Shown piece after piece: positions 11,191 to 23,734 of a DNA stretch of 64,000 bases. Source of the stretch: Mobula birostris (Eukaryota); NCBI RefSeq assembly GCF_030028105.1, contig NC_092372.1, forward strand, positions 87,114,687 to 87,178,686, given 5' to 3'. A program made the translations under genes and the position numbers. Position 1 is the stretch's first letter; each line of letters begins with the position of its first letter. The notes under the pieces were generated by a model. That model saw nothing but the letters and a program-made list of their open reading frames with translations, was not told the origin of the DNA and did no database searches.

Positions 11191-12880
11191 TGGCAGTTGG
11201 AGTGAAGATTAGGGAAATATGGGATTATAGGAAAAATAAAGGTGTATACTATTTTTAAATGGGGTGTGAATTCAGAAATCAGAGGTACAAATAGATTTGG
11301 GAGTCCTAGTTCAGGATTCCTCAGGATTAACTTGAAGGGTATGGTAGTAAGTGTTATGTTTTGTAACTTCAAAACTGATTGAAAGAAAAACATGGAGCCG
11401 GAGATAACTCGTGTACGACTTTGTTCTTTACTGTAATGAGTTGTGCACTTATGACAGGGGGCATACAGACTTATCCATTCGAGTACTTTTACATATAACC
11501 CCAATAAATTATGCAAACAACAAAGAATTCTTAATCAAACAATATATTTACAATGTTATTCAAGTATTACTGAAATATTAAATACACAGCAGTCTACCTT
11601 GCTTAGCTAGAAAATCCAATTCAATATAGAATGTATCTCAACTCAATTATATAATGCATTGCTGTCTAGTCTTAAGTATATTTATTTATCTGTTTGTTTA
11701 TTTATTTATTTTTATGCTCATAACGCAGTATACTATCAAATATAACTACCGTACACACATCCGTAGCGTAATATATTTTAAATCGTCCCATTCAGTCCTA
11801 AAGATTTAATCTCTGTGGAGGATTTCTTAGTCTTGTAGGACAGCATCTTTCCTGACAAGGGGATCACTGTGCTTGGCAGGAAAGTCTTGTGGCTTCCTCT
11901 GTGGTGATTGTAGGTATTGACTCTGGGACTACAGGAAGTGCTTCTGACTGCTCAAGACACCCGTTTTCTCTAACAATTGACTCCAATCTCTTCAACTGGT
12001 CGATGTGTCATCTCTAGATGACCTCAGTCACAATCTCCATTGTGTCAGAGAGTGGTCCAGTTCTGTCCTTGATCTTTCTAAATACCCACTCTTGGTCACC
12101 TCTGTAATCCCTCGCCAGCATTCCTTGTCTAGGAGTGAAACCCCCTTGTTTGAAGACCCCTTAATTTGTCTCAGCTCTCTATTCTGCTTTCTCCTTCTGA
12201 GATTGGGTTTGAGAAGATCCAAGCAAGAGCACAAAGGGTGACCTAGGAACAGCGTGGCTGGTGAGTTGTTGGTCGTCAAGTGTGCTGCATTGCGAAATGT
12301 AAGAGGGAAATTGGAGAGCTTCAGATTCAGTGTGAGCGTAGTGTTTTCTGCTGACATTGCATTCTTTAGACTCTGGACAAACCTTTCCACCAAGCTATTT
12401 GTAACATGTCTTTTTCATTTCATTTTCAGGAATGACTGAAACTGTTCCACAACAAACTGTGGCCCATAGCCACTGCTAAGTGATCTTGAACACCAGTCCT
12501 TGAGAAGGATTTCTCAACACAACAGCAGTGTGCAAGGCTGTCATGGAGGTTACTGGGAACACTTCTGGCAATGTGGTATCTGTATCCACTACCACCAAGA
12601 AACCTGTGCCCACGAATGATCCGACAAAATCCACATGAATCCTCTGCCAGGGCATTGCAAGCCATTTCCAGGGATGGAGAAGCACTGCTCTTGGCATCTT
12701 CTGGGCGTGTTAGCATCCCACACAGTACATGACAAGATGCTTGATCTACTGATCTATCCCAGGCCACCAGACAAAGCTTTAATCCAACACCTTCATTTTG
12801 ACCGTGCCTAGATGACTGGCAAGTAGCTCCTCCAACACTCAGCTTGGATGGTACAACAACCCTCAATTCCCACATAAGGC

Positions 12881-12996
12881 AACCCCCATCAAGGGCAAGT
12901 TCACCCTGAAACCCCCATCAAAGGCAAGTTCACCCTGAAACCCTCATCAAGGGCAAGTTCACCCTGAAACCCCCATCAAGGGCAAGTTCACCCTGA
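12881..12996. repeat. 4 x 29-bp tandem duplication inside Gypsy pol
   Basis: aacccccatcaagggcaagttcaccctga at 12881, 12910, 12939 and 12968. Confidence 0.9.
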
Positions 12997-14377
12997 CAGT
13001 GGTAAAAATGAGGGAACTGGAATTTCTGCTGTCCATTCCAGCCATTTTGGGCAGCCATGTAGACCTCAGCCAGTGTGGGATCTTTTCTGGTTTCGCTTTT
13101 GATTATCTCTGCCATAATAGAGGAACTTTCAATTTGCTTTAGGTAGAATATATTGAGAGGAATGCCCTCTTCTGTAAATTTTTCTTGTTTTCCTTTTCCA
13201 AAGCAAACAGGACAATCCATCAGCATTTCTGTGATTAATTGTCCTTTTGAATTTGATCTTGTAATTGCATCATCCAAGAAACAGAGCCTGCTTCTACATT
13301 CATGCTGCTTCTGTGAGTGGAACACCCTCTGTGGGTTGAAAATGGACCCTAGTGGGTGCAGAGAGTAATGAGGGTAAATTGTCTCCCGTACAAGTACTGG
13401 ATGAAACAGTCTACACCCCAGAACGGATTCGCTGTCTCCCTGTCAATTTGCGCGTAATTTTTCTTTGCAGTGGTAAGGGAATGTGATGCAAAGGCTGCAG
13501 GGTGATTACCTCCATCACTCAAATCATGTGATATGACTGTACCTATACCACAAGGCAAGATTCACTGGATGAAGTGAATCATAATGTGTGAGTGCAATGT
13601 CTGACGTCACCACTGCTTTGTCCATTACCATTTCTTCCCAGTCCGTAGTCATGAATTTAAGGGGTGGAGCACAATAGCCTGGTTTGGCAGGAACCTGTTA
13701 AAGTAATTGATAAACCCTAGAAAGGATCCACAACTGTGACGTGTTCTTTGGTCTCGGAGCATCCACCACTGCTTGAATTTTCTCAGCACATTTGTGTAAA
13801 TCTTATGCTTCAATGGTGTGATCACAGTAAGTGAGGGCTTGGTTTAAAGAATTCACACTTGTCACATTGTACCCTGAGCCGATAATCTTCTAATCTTTTT
13901 AACACGGTTTTAAGATATTGGAGATGTTCCTTTTCATTCTTACTGGTAATACTGATGTTATCCAGGTAACACTGAGTGCGCCTGGTCCATAACTTCCTGC
14001 CATAGTGCTGCTGTAGTTGCCACTATAAGCCTATTATAGTGATGTAGCTCTTTCTGAGTGTTTATGATGAGAAACACTCTGACTCTTCTTCCATCTCCAC
14101 CTGTAGGTAGGCCTCAGCTAAGTCCACTTTGCTGAAATATTTTCCTCCAGAAAGGTTTGTGAAGATCGAAGAAATCCTGTATCCTGGTCAGAGCTACTGA
14201 TCTACATTCAGTACTGGGTTGGCAGTGACCTTAAAATCACCACAGTTCCTGACAGACCCATTCTTCTTGGCTATGAGGAGCACTGGCATTGCCATGGGTT
14301 CCACTCAACCTTGGGAAGAATTCCTTCAGCCTCCATTCCATCTGACTCACTTGCTATCTTTATCATGGATGATATAG

Positions 14378-15470
14378 TCATAGTCGTAGTCATACTTTAT
14401 TAAACCAGGGGGAAATTGGTTTTCGTTACAGTTGCTCCATAAATAATAAATAGTAATAAAACCATAAATAGTTAAATAGTAATATCTAAATTATGCCAGT
14501 AAATTATGAAATAAGTCCAGGACCAGCCTATTGGCTCAGGATGTCTGACCCTCCAAGGGAGGAGTTGTAAAGTTTGATGGCCACAGGCAGGAATGACTTC
14601 CTATGACGCTCAGTGCTGCATCTCGGTGGAATGAGTCTCTGGCTGAATGTACTCCTGTGCCCACCCAGTACATTATGTAGTGGATAGGAGACATTGACCA
14701 AGATGGCATACAACTTAGACAGCATCCCCTTTTCAGACACCACCATCAGAGAGTCCAGTTCCATCCCCACAACATCACTGGCCTTACGAATGAGTTCGTT
14801 AATTCTGTTGGTGTCTGCTACCCTCAGCCTGCTGCCCCAGCATACAACAGCAAACATGATAGCACTGGTCACCACAGACTCGTAGAACATCCTCAGCATC
14901 ATCTGGCAGATATTAAAGGACCTCAGTCTCCTCAGGAAATAGAGACGGCTCTGACCCTTCTTGTAGACAGCCTTAGTGTTCTTTGACCAGTCCAGTTTAT
15001 TGTCAATTTGTATCCCCAGGTATTTGTAATCCTCCACCATGTCTACACTGACCTCCTGAATGGAAACAGGGGTCACAGGTAGCTCTCCTCAGGTCTACCA
15101 CCAGCTCCTTAGTCTTTTTCACATTAAGCTGCAGATAATTCTGCTCACACCATGTGACAAAGTTTCCTACCGTAGCCCTGTAGTCAGCCTCATCTCCCTT
15201 GCTGATGCATCCAACTATGGCAGAGTCATGCGAAAACTTCTGAAGATGACAAGACTCTGTGCAGTAGTTGAAGTCCGAGGTGTAAATGGTGAAGAGAAAG
15301 GGAGACAAGACAATCCCCTGTGGAGCCCCAGTGCTGCTGATCACTCTGTCAGACACACAGTGTTGCAAGCACACGTACTGTGGTCTGCCAGTCAGGTAAT
15401 CAAGAATCCATGACACCAGGAAAGCATCCACCTGCATTGCTGTCAGCTTCTCCCCCAGCAGAGTAGGGCA
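14378..15470 (-). mobile_element. 5'-truncated Rex1/Babar LINE nested in Gypsy pol
   Basis: STGAPQGIVLSPFLFTIYT, LQLNVKKTKELVVD, YKYLG, KKGQSRLYFLRRLRSF; (gactat)n-like tail at the left end; imperfect duplication gatgatatag / gatggtgtatag. Confidence 0.9.
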
Positions 15471-17979
15471 GATGGTGTATAGGAACTGGACCAACTTTGC
15501 AAAACTTAGGTATGACATTTTAATTTGCACTATTTTACCCTGGATATGTTTGAGTTTTCCAATGCCATTATTGAACACTGCTACCGTTTCTTCCAGCACC
15601 TTTCTTAATTTGCTTTCAGTTGACTCCATTGCAGGGAGTGTGGTATGCAAATAGTTGATGGATATCCAATCAAGTTGCAGTTGTCTCAGCCAATTGTGAC
15701 CCTAGGATGCTGGCCCTCCTGTTTTGACCACATACAAACTCAGTGTGGCTCGTTGGCTGTTGAGTTTTACTGTTAAAATTGTCATTCCCCAAGGAGTTAT
15801 TTTCTCCAGTTTGAGTCTTTAGTTGGATATCTTCAAGCTTCAGTTCAGTGTCAATGAAACACCATTCAAACTCATTTTGTGGAATGACTAAAACAACTGA
15901 GCCAGTGATCAATCCAATTTCAATTAATTTGCCATTCGCTTCTGGTGTAAACCATATTGCTTGATTCCTGTTAGTTTTCAGATTCTATATCTCAAAGGTA
16001 CCTAGTCCTGTCTCACTCTCATTATTATCAGATTTTTCAACATTGTTCTCTTTTTGAAATTGCAACTTGACTTTTCATCTTTTTCTCTTTCCTGCACAGT
16101 CCATTTATTTTTGTCTGCCTGACCTTGTATTTGTCCGCCTGACCTTGTATTTGTCCTTCTTTGTTGCATTTTCTGCAAATTTCACCTTTAAATCTGCATT
16201 AAATCTGGTGGATCTGACCCTCCCCCACCCCAGCACAATGGTAACACAATTTGTTCAGCCAGACAGGTTTCTGTTTAGATATTCTAATTTCGTTCATGCT
16301 CACTTTCTTTGCTGACTGCAACTCAATTGCATATCTGTCTGCAATTTCCATTGATATACTAATTTCACCTCTCTTTTAAAAGTGGGTTGTGCCTCAGTTA
16401 GGGATCATTTTTAAATGCTTTCTTGTAAGATTTCACAAACTAAATGATCTCTCAGTGCATCATTAATCCCATCACTGAACTGACAGTGCTCAGGCAAACT
16501 CCTCAATTTAGCCACGTAAGCTGAAATGGTCTCCCCTTACTTTTTGATTCTGCTTATGAAACCTAAGACGTTCTGCATCAACAGTGGTTTTGGTTCTAAA
16601 TGTTCCTGTATTACTTTCATGATATCAGCAAAGCTCCTTTCAGCTGGTTTGGTTGGAGCAGTTAAACTTCTAAGAAAACTGCATCTCTTCCACCAATTAC
16701 ACTCAGTAAAACTGGCACTCACTTTTCATTGGCTACTTAATTTACTTTAAAATACTGCTCAATTCACTCAGTATACATATTCCAGTTATGGGTCGTGTTA
16801 TCGAACACTTCTATCTTTCCAATGTAGCCAGCCATTTCGGCTTTTTTTATTTATGATTATTATCACCTAGTACTGGTTGTTTATGAACCTGTAAATTTTG
16901 ACTGTTTTCTGCCTTTTACATTAACTCGACCAACTCTCTCCTTTTTCAAAAAAACATGCTGTGCTTAACTGTTTCCCTCCTCTTGCAAAGAAAAAAATTG
17001 TATGGCACTTCAACAGGTTAAGTAGTCACCTTGGATTAATTTTAAAACTTACTCATCACCTCTGTTATGTTTTGAAGCTCTAAAACATAAAACTAATTGA
17101 AAGAAAAACACGGAGATAACTCATACGTGACTTTGTTCTTTACTTTAGTGAGTCACTAAATGACTTATGATGTGGTGGCGTAATAACGTATGCCATTCAT
17201 GTACTTTTACATATAACCCGTAATGAATTATGTAAACATCAAAGAATGTTTAATCAAACAATATATATATGCAATATTACTTAAATATTACTGAAATATT
17301 AAATGCACAACAGTAAGGAAAGCAAATGTGAATGTTAGCATTCATTTCAAGGGGACATTATAAAAACAAGGATAAACTGTAAAGGATTTATAAGACAGTT
17401 AGTCAGAATGCATTTGAAATATTGTAAGGAATTTTGGACCCCATATCTAAGGAAAGATGTGCTGGCCCTAGAAAGAGTCCAGAGGTGGTTTACCAGAATG
17501 ATCCTAGGAATGAAAGATTTAATGTATGAGGAGAGTTTGATGGCTTGAAGTCAAAATAATGAAGTGGATGGAGTTTGCGGGGGGTGGGGGGGGGGACTCA
17601 TTGAAGCCAAACAAATGCCAAAAAGCCTGGACAGAGTGGACATGAAGAGATTGTTTCCTTTTGCAGGAGAGTCTATGATCTGAGGGAAAAGCCTCAGAAT
17701 AAAGGAATGTCCCACTGAGATCAAGAGGAATTTATTCAACCAGAGGCTGGTGAATTGAGTAATTCATTTCCATGGAGGATTGAGGAGACAAATTTAAGAC
17801 AGACTTCATGAGCTGAATTGCCTAATTCTGCTCCTATATCTTATGGTCTATACCACTGGGCTCCCAGTTCTCTGCCTGGTACTCCCAATGGCCATTTGCA
17901 AATTATGTTTCCCAAGTGGTGGAAGCCTTTATAGCGACACAGACTGAGACAATGAAAGCACCCCAGAAATACAATTATG

Positions 17980-18500
17980 CAGATACTGAGAACCTACAAT
18001 TGCTCTGCAGGTCAGGCTCTATGCAGAGAGAAACAGAGTTAGTGCTTCAGGCAGAACTGGGAGCAGAAGTTTTAAGATGTGAAGAATGACAGAAAGAAGG
18101 GAAGGTCTGTGATCAGGTGTAGAGCAGGAGAGTGTGAATAACAAAAGCAATAATGGAGTTGTTTCTCAAAGGGTGGGAAAAGCAGTGGTAAATAGCAAGA
18201 ACATCTGGAGGAAATATTAATAAGACGTGGAACAAATATGAGATCAGCAACCATAGGAAGGATAACATTCAAAACAATAAATGCTGGCATGTAAAATGCA
18301 AAAATTGGAATTACTAAATTCAGTATTAAGTCCAGAATGTTGTAATCTACCTGGGCTAAAGATAAGATGCTGCAACATGAGTTTACAATGAGTATTATTG
18401 GAACGTTGTGGCAGTCCAAAGCCAGAGAAGTCCAAACAGGAGTGTGTTGGAAAATTGAATTACTTGGCAAGTGTAAGCCGTGAGCCACGCTTACAGATTA
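17980..18500 (-). mobile_element. Old decayed Penelope-like fragment
   Basis: QHLIFSPGRLQHSGLNTEFSN resembles the PLE C-terminus EQHLIFRLGSLQPDGMNIDFSN. Confidence 0.55.
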
Positions 18501-18511
18501 ACAACTTGTAC

Positions 18512-18707
18512 GGGCTGGTGGTGTAGTGGCATCAGCACTGGACTTCAAGGCAGATGGTCGTGAGTTCAAACCCAGACGGGTCCCAACCTGGGCAGCAGCA
18601 GCATTTGCACAGAAGAAGGGCCTGGCAACCTACTTCCATATCCTGCCATGAAATTCCTATGGAACATGAGGTCATGAAGAGTCGGACTGAATGACTGAGC
18701 AACAACA
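18512..18707 (+). mobile_element. tRNA-headed SINE with an RTE/BovB-like 3' tail
   Basis: A box tggtgtagtgg and B box gagttcaaacc; tail ggcaacctacttccatatcctgcc...cctatgga...ggtcatgaagagtcggac...gactgagcaacaac. Confidence 0.65.
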
Positions 18708-21700
18708 GAGGGAATGATAAACAGGTTCAAAGGGTTTAGATCAATGAGGGAAAATATACACTCCAACATTGCTGCAGGGTATTTTATTAGAGTGATAGGT
18801 GATTTATTGTAAGTGATAGGAAAAGGAAGCATAAAATATATAAAACACTGTCTAAATCGATGCGTAAAATAATTAACAAAACATGTCCGCATCTGTCCGC
18901 TATGTAATGGTAAGAATTGACAAAATAACAAGTCTAAAACAGAGCGCAGAGTAATTAATACAGCAGCAAGGCTCACACAATTTTCTACCCATTGAGGACT
19001 CCAACTTATGATGACTGGCCTGGAAACTGTTAGGTATCTTTGGCATCGATCACAATTCTGGTCCATGGACAAAAGTCTGAAGAGCTTGCTCACTGTTCAC
19101 ACTTATACAATCAAGAAAGCTTACACTTCTTTTCTAACCTACGCATTCCAGGGTGCTGCAATGCTAAAATTAATTATTTCTTAATGAGAGATTTATAGGG
19201 AAGATTCTATGTTCCCACCAGAACTAGTCTCACTGTTTCCAAAAAATCTTGTCAGTCAAGACTTTACTTTGACAACTGCAATGCTCATCCTTGAAAAAGA
19301 AACCAAGTTATCCCATTCCCTTGACGGCTTACATCAGTCTACTTGACAAGGTCCCACATGGGAGGTTGATCAAGAAGGTTCAGTTGCTCAGCATTCAGGA
19401 TGAAGTGAATTGGATTAAGCATTGTCTTTGTGGCAGAAGCTCAAGAGTGGTAGTGGAGTGTTGCCTTTCCGACTGGAGGCCTGTGCCTAGCGATGTGCTC
19501 AAGGGATAAGTGCTGGTCCTTTATTGTTTGTCATCTATACAGTATCAATGATCTGGATAATAATGTGGTTCACTGGATCAGCAAATTTGTGGATGACACC
19601 AAGATTAGGGGTGTAGTGGACAGTGAGGAAGACTATCATGGCTTGCAGAAGGATCTGCATCGTCTGGAAAACTGGGCTAAAAAAATGACATATAGAATTT
19701 AATGCAGACAGTGCGAGGTTTGGTACTTCAGTAAGAGCAACCAGGGTAGGTCTTACACAGTGAATGGTAGGTACTATGGAGTGCAGTTAAACAAAGGGAT
19801 CTGGGAATACAAGTCTATAATTTGTTGAAAGTGGCATCACAGGCAGGTAGGGTCATAAAGAAAGGTTTGGCACACAGTGGTGTATCTAAGGTATGGCAGG
19901 TATGGCACGTGCCCTGGGCGCCACTTGAAGGGAGTCGCCACTGAGCAGTTTCTATTAAAGTCAGACAAGCCATCCTCGGATAGTGAAAAAAGAATTTTCT
20001 TCAGATGTATGATCTGTCTTTGATTATCATGGGTGAGAAGCACTAGGATGCCTTATTTCAGAGCATTGTATAAGAAGACCATGAAACATTTCTTCACGAA
20101 GAAGAAGGAAAGTGGAGCTGAACGACGGAAGAGACGAAAGTTGAAGGCGGAGGAAGCCAAGAAGTCAAGTAAGTTCTTCATGCCCTTCCTTGCAAAGCCC
20201 GGAACAAGTAGTTCGACACATTCCATAGAGTCGCCTGCATCTGCTACAGGTTTGTTAGATTCCGAAGGTGGATCAAGTACAAATGCGTCACAAGCCGAGG
20301 AGGAAGCCAAGTCAGATAAACCTGAGTATGATGAGATTAAGAGTGAGGCTGCCACAGAGAATGTGGACATGACAGGAGGGGAAGACGATGGTGGTGGTGG
20401 TGATGTTGAGTTTATTGACGAGATTTTACTTGATGAGATTTTACCTGACGACACTGAACCTAGTGAACTGGATGGTGTCAAAGAGCCTCAAACTGTCATA
20501 ACAGAAGTGATTGAACAGCATGACATTGGACTTCTGAAGTTCAACAAGGATACTGGAAAAACAATTCTACCTGACACGTTGAGAACAGAAATAATAAAAC
20601 TGGGATCAAAGTATTTTCAGAACAGTGAGGGACCTTTCCTACTAACAAATAACCGCTCAATGAACAAAACTTGGTTCAAGAGGAAATTGGGAAATGGTCA
20701 TGGTGAGGAAGTGACTCGCTCATGGCTGGTCTATTCCCCTTCTAAAAAGTCTACATTTTGTATCTGTTGTCTTCTCTATTTCCGGTCAGACCGTCAATCC
20801 TCATTGGAACAGGAAAGTGGATTCAACCAGTGAAAAGCACCTGAAAGGATTAGTGTTCATGAAAATGCCAGGAATCATCGGGAATTCTTCACACAGTGGA
20901 AAGAAATGGAAAGAAATTTAGCTGGAAACAGAGGAGTTATTGACGCCGTATTTCAGTCATAGATTGAGAAGGAAAAGCAGAAGTGGCGTGATAGCTTGAC
21001 GAGAATCCTTCACTGCATAAAATTCCGTGCGACTCAGAACCTGGCTTTGTGAGGACACAGGGAGTCACTTCAGCTAGACAATGACTCCAATGTGGGAAAT
21101 TTCCTTGGCTTACTGAAACTACTGGCCATCTTTGACCCTGTCATAAAAGAGCACCTCACTCATTTGGAAAGTCATCTTGGATCCACGTCTTATCTTTCAC
21201 CAGGTGTCCAGGATGAATTCATCCACTGTTTGCCAGAGTTTACTAAGAAGCATTTGTAAAGCCAAGTACTCATGTTCGACCCGACTCCTGATCAGGCACA
21301 CCGTGAGCAGATGTCAGAAGTAGTGAGGTATGTGGAAGTTGATTTTGAGAGGAAAACAGTCCGTGTTAGAGAGTCCTTCCTTGGTTTTATCCAGATAAGC
21401 CAGAAGGATGCTGAGAGCTTGGTTGAAGACATCTTGAAACATCTAGAGAAGGACGAAATGGAGCTACAAGATTGTCGGTCACAGTGCTATGACAACGCTG
21501 CTGTGATGGCTGGACACAGAAGTGGTGTTCATCAAAGAATAAGTGAGAAAAACAACCTGGCAGTGTTTGTGAATTGCGACAATCACTCAATCAACTTGGT
21601 GGGTGTACATGCAGCCAAGCAGGATTACAGTGATGGTCACATTTTTTGGAACAATCAAAGCCCTCTACTGTTTTTCCCTTGTTCAACAGCACTGAGGAAA

Positions 21701-22528
21701 ACTCAAAAATGCTGTGCCTGCGGTTGTTAAGTCGGAGTCCAAAACCAGGTGGAGTGCAAGGACAGAAGCAGTGAAGCCCGTCAACAAGTACCTTGAGGAG
21801 ATACTTCAAGTTCTCCAGGACATGATAGACAATGAAAACGAGACCATTGAAACAAGAAGTGATGCAAGGCAGCTGTACAACTGCATGTTGGGTTACGATT
21901 TTCTGATTTTGCTCGGATTTTGGAACAAAGTACTCATTCGCATTGACCGTATTCAAAAGAGGCTGCAGGATCCTAGCATGAACTTCCACGATGCTGCCCT
22001 GGATTTGAAAGCCATCCAAGATCATTTTTATGATGAAAGAGAAGTGTTGGGCAGTGAGCCACTCGAAGAAGAAGTCAGTCTTTGTCAAAAATGGAATATT
22101 GAAGTTGAAACACGTCAGAGACGAAAGAAATGAATGGCTGATGAGAACTCGAGAGATGTTGAGTTAACAGCTAAGGAGGAAATGGAAAGAGTCACAAAGG
22201 GAACACTCGATCGTCTTCACAGAGAAATGGACGAAAGGTTCGCTCGTTTGCACAATACTGATGCCAAGTTTGGCTTCCTTCTCGATGTCGAGGGACGTGT
22301 TACAGCGCCGACAGTAACAACCTAAAGAAGAAGTGTGAAAATTTGGGTGAATTGTACAGCTCTGATGTTGATGGACAGCAGCTATATCAGACATCCCACC
22401 TCTCCCGGAAGTTCCGGGAGTCTCCTACATTTCGATAGTGGCTCCCTGACGCCTGGAAATTATATACAATATCCCAGAAATAGATTTTTTTGAGAGGGAG
22501 AGCGAGCATCCTGATCTCTTCATGCTAA

Positions 22529-23734
22529 GAGTGGTCCCCAACCACCGGGCCGTGAGGAAACAATATGATTTGGCGATATGAAATGATATGAGTCAGCTGC
22601 ACTTTTCTCCATTTCCTGTCACACACTGTTGAATTTTAATCCACGTGAGGTCATCAGTGACCCAAGACGTGCAAAGGAATGGGTCCGTGACCCATTTGTG
22701 AATGTTCCCAGTGACTCATCCATGTCAGCGCGGGAAAAAGATCAACTCCTTGAGCTTGCAATTGACGGTGGGCTAAAAAGTATGTTTGACATAACATCTC
22801 TGCCAGCATTCTGGATCAAAGTCAAGGCTGAATATCCTGAGATAGCCACGAAAGCACTGAAAACGTTGCTTCCATTTCCAACATATTTCTGCGAAGCAGA
22901 GTTTTCTGCAATGAATGCAACGAAAACTAAATTGCAGAATAGACTGGACATAAGGAACCCCCTTCGAGTATTGCTGTCTCCCATCACCCCTCGATAGGAC
23001 CGTGTTGTTGAATGAAAACAAGCCCAGGGCTCCCACTGATACAGTGATATTGGTGTGTTGCAATGATTTTACATGTTTATACGGGGAAAATATGTGCTGT
23101 GTGTTTAATATCCAAACGTTACTTAAAATGTTATGATGCTATTGACTTATAAGTGACTTATAATTCAGTGGTCCCCAACCTCCAGGCCACGAAGAATACA
23201 GCGGTGGCCGAAACGCACCCAGCACATCTTTAAGAAAAAAGCCGAAATAAACAAGCGAATTAATTAGGTGCTGCCCGGCATGTAAATGTTGGCCCAGATC
23301 AGAGGCAATTGCCGATTGCGTCATCTCTGATCTGGGCCGACATTTACGTGCCAGGCAGTACCTAATCAATTAGCTTGTTTATTTCGGCTTTTTTCTTAAA
23401 GATGTGCTGGGTGCATTCTGGTTACCACTGTACCGCTGCATTCTTCGTGGCCCGGAGGTTTGGGACCACTGTTATAATTGACTTATCACTACATTCATGC
23501 GAGGAAAATATGTGCTGTCTGTTTAATATTAAATTCGTTAGATAATCCCCTTTACAAACGAAATTGAGTGTATTAGCCACTGACAAGTGACTTATAGTTG
23601 ACTTATCACCCATATTCCGGTCGCGTTTAACACCCCCCCGCCCCCGCCCCCCCCCCCCCCCCCCGTCGGCCAGTCCGCAAGAATATTGTCAATATTAAAC
23701 CAGTCCGCGGTGCAGAAAAGGTTGGGCACCCCTG
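22529..23734 (+). mobile_element. Charlie/Buster-type hAT deletion derivative
   Basis: Ends (c)agtggtccccaacc and ggttgggcacccctg; ORF 22629-22997 (WVRDPF...FWIKVKAEYPEIATKALKTLLPFPT..CEAEFS) is a Buster transposase C-terminus; TSD not recoverable. Confidence 0.8.
23166..23471. mobile_element. Palindromic Charlie-type MITE (306 bp)
   Basis: cagtggtccccaacctcc...ggaggtttgggaccactg; the two halves are reverse complements; 8-bp TSD ttataatt. Confidence 0.9.

Larger units (their letters stand above)
11352..17312 (-). mobile_element. Full-length but decayed Gypsy LTR retrotransposon (Mag/K02A2.6-like)
   Basis: TG...CA LTRs at 11352-11591 and 17063-17312; 5-bp TSD gtaag (11347-11351, 17313-17317); gag (MAGYIGKIEVFD, LTAPTKPAERSF), RNase H (AFASHSLTTAKKNYAQIDRE) and integrase (PWQRIHVDFVG, VERFVQSLK) remnants. 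Confidence 0.92.
11190..17850 (+). mobile_element. CR1 3' fragment split by the Gypsy insertion (pieces about 11190-11351 and 17313-17850)
   Basis: CR1 sequence stops at gtaag before the LTR and resumes gtaaggaaagcaaat...ttagcattcatttcaag after it; ends in a CR1 tail (gcctaattctgctcctatatcttatggtct). Confidence 0.7.

Noticed and set aside
15003-15650. 215-aa ORF as a novel protein
   Set aside because: Chance in-frame fusion of Gypsy pol and the 5' end of the nested Rex1
18512-18585. Functional tRNA gene
   Set aside because: tRNA-like A/B boxes run straight into a LINE-derived tail with no pol III terminator, so this is a SINE head
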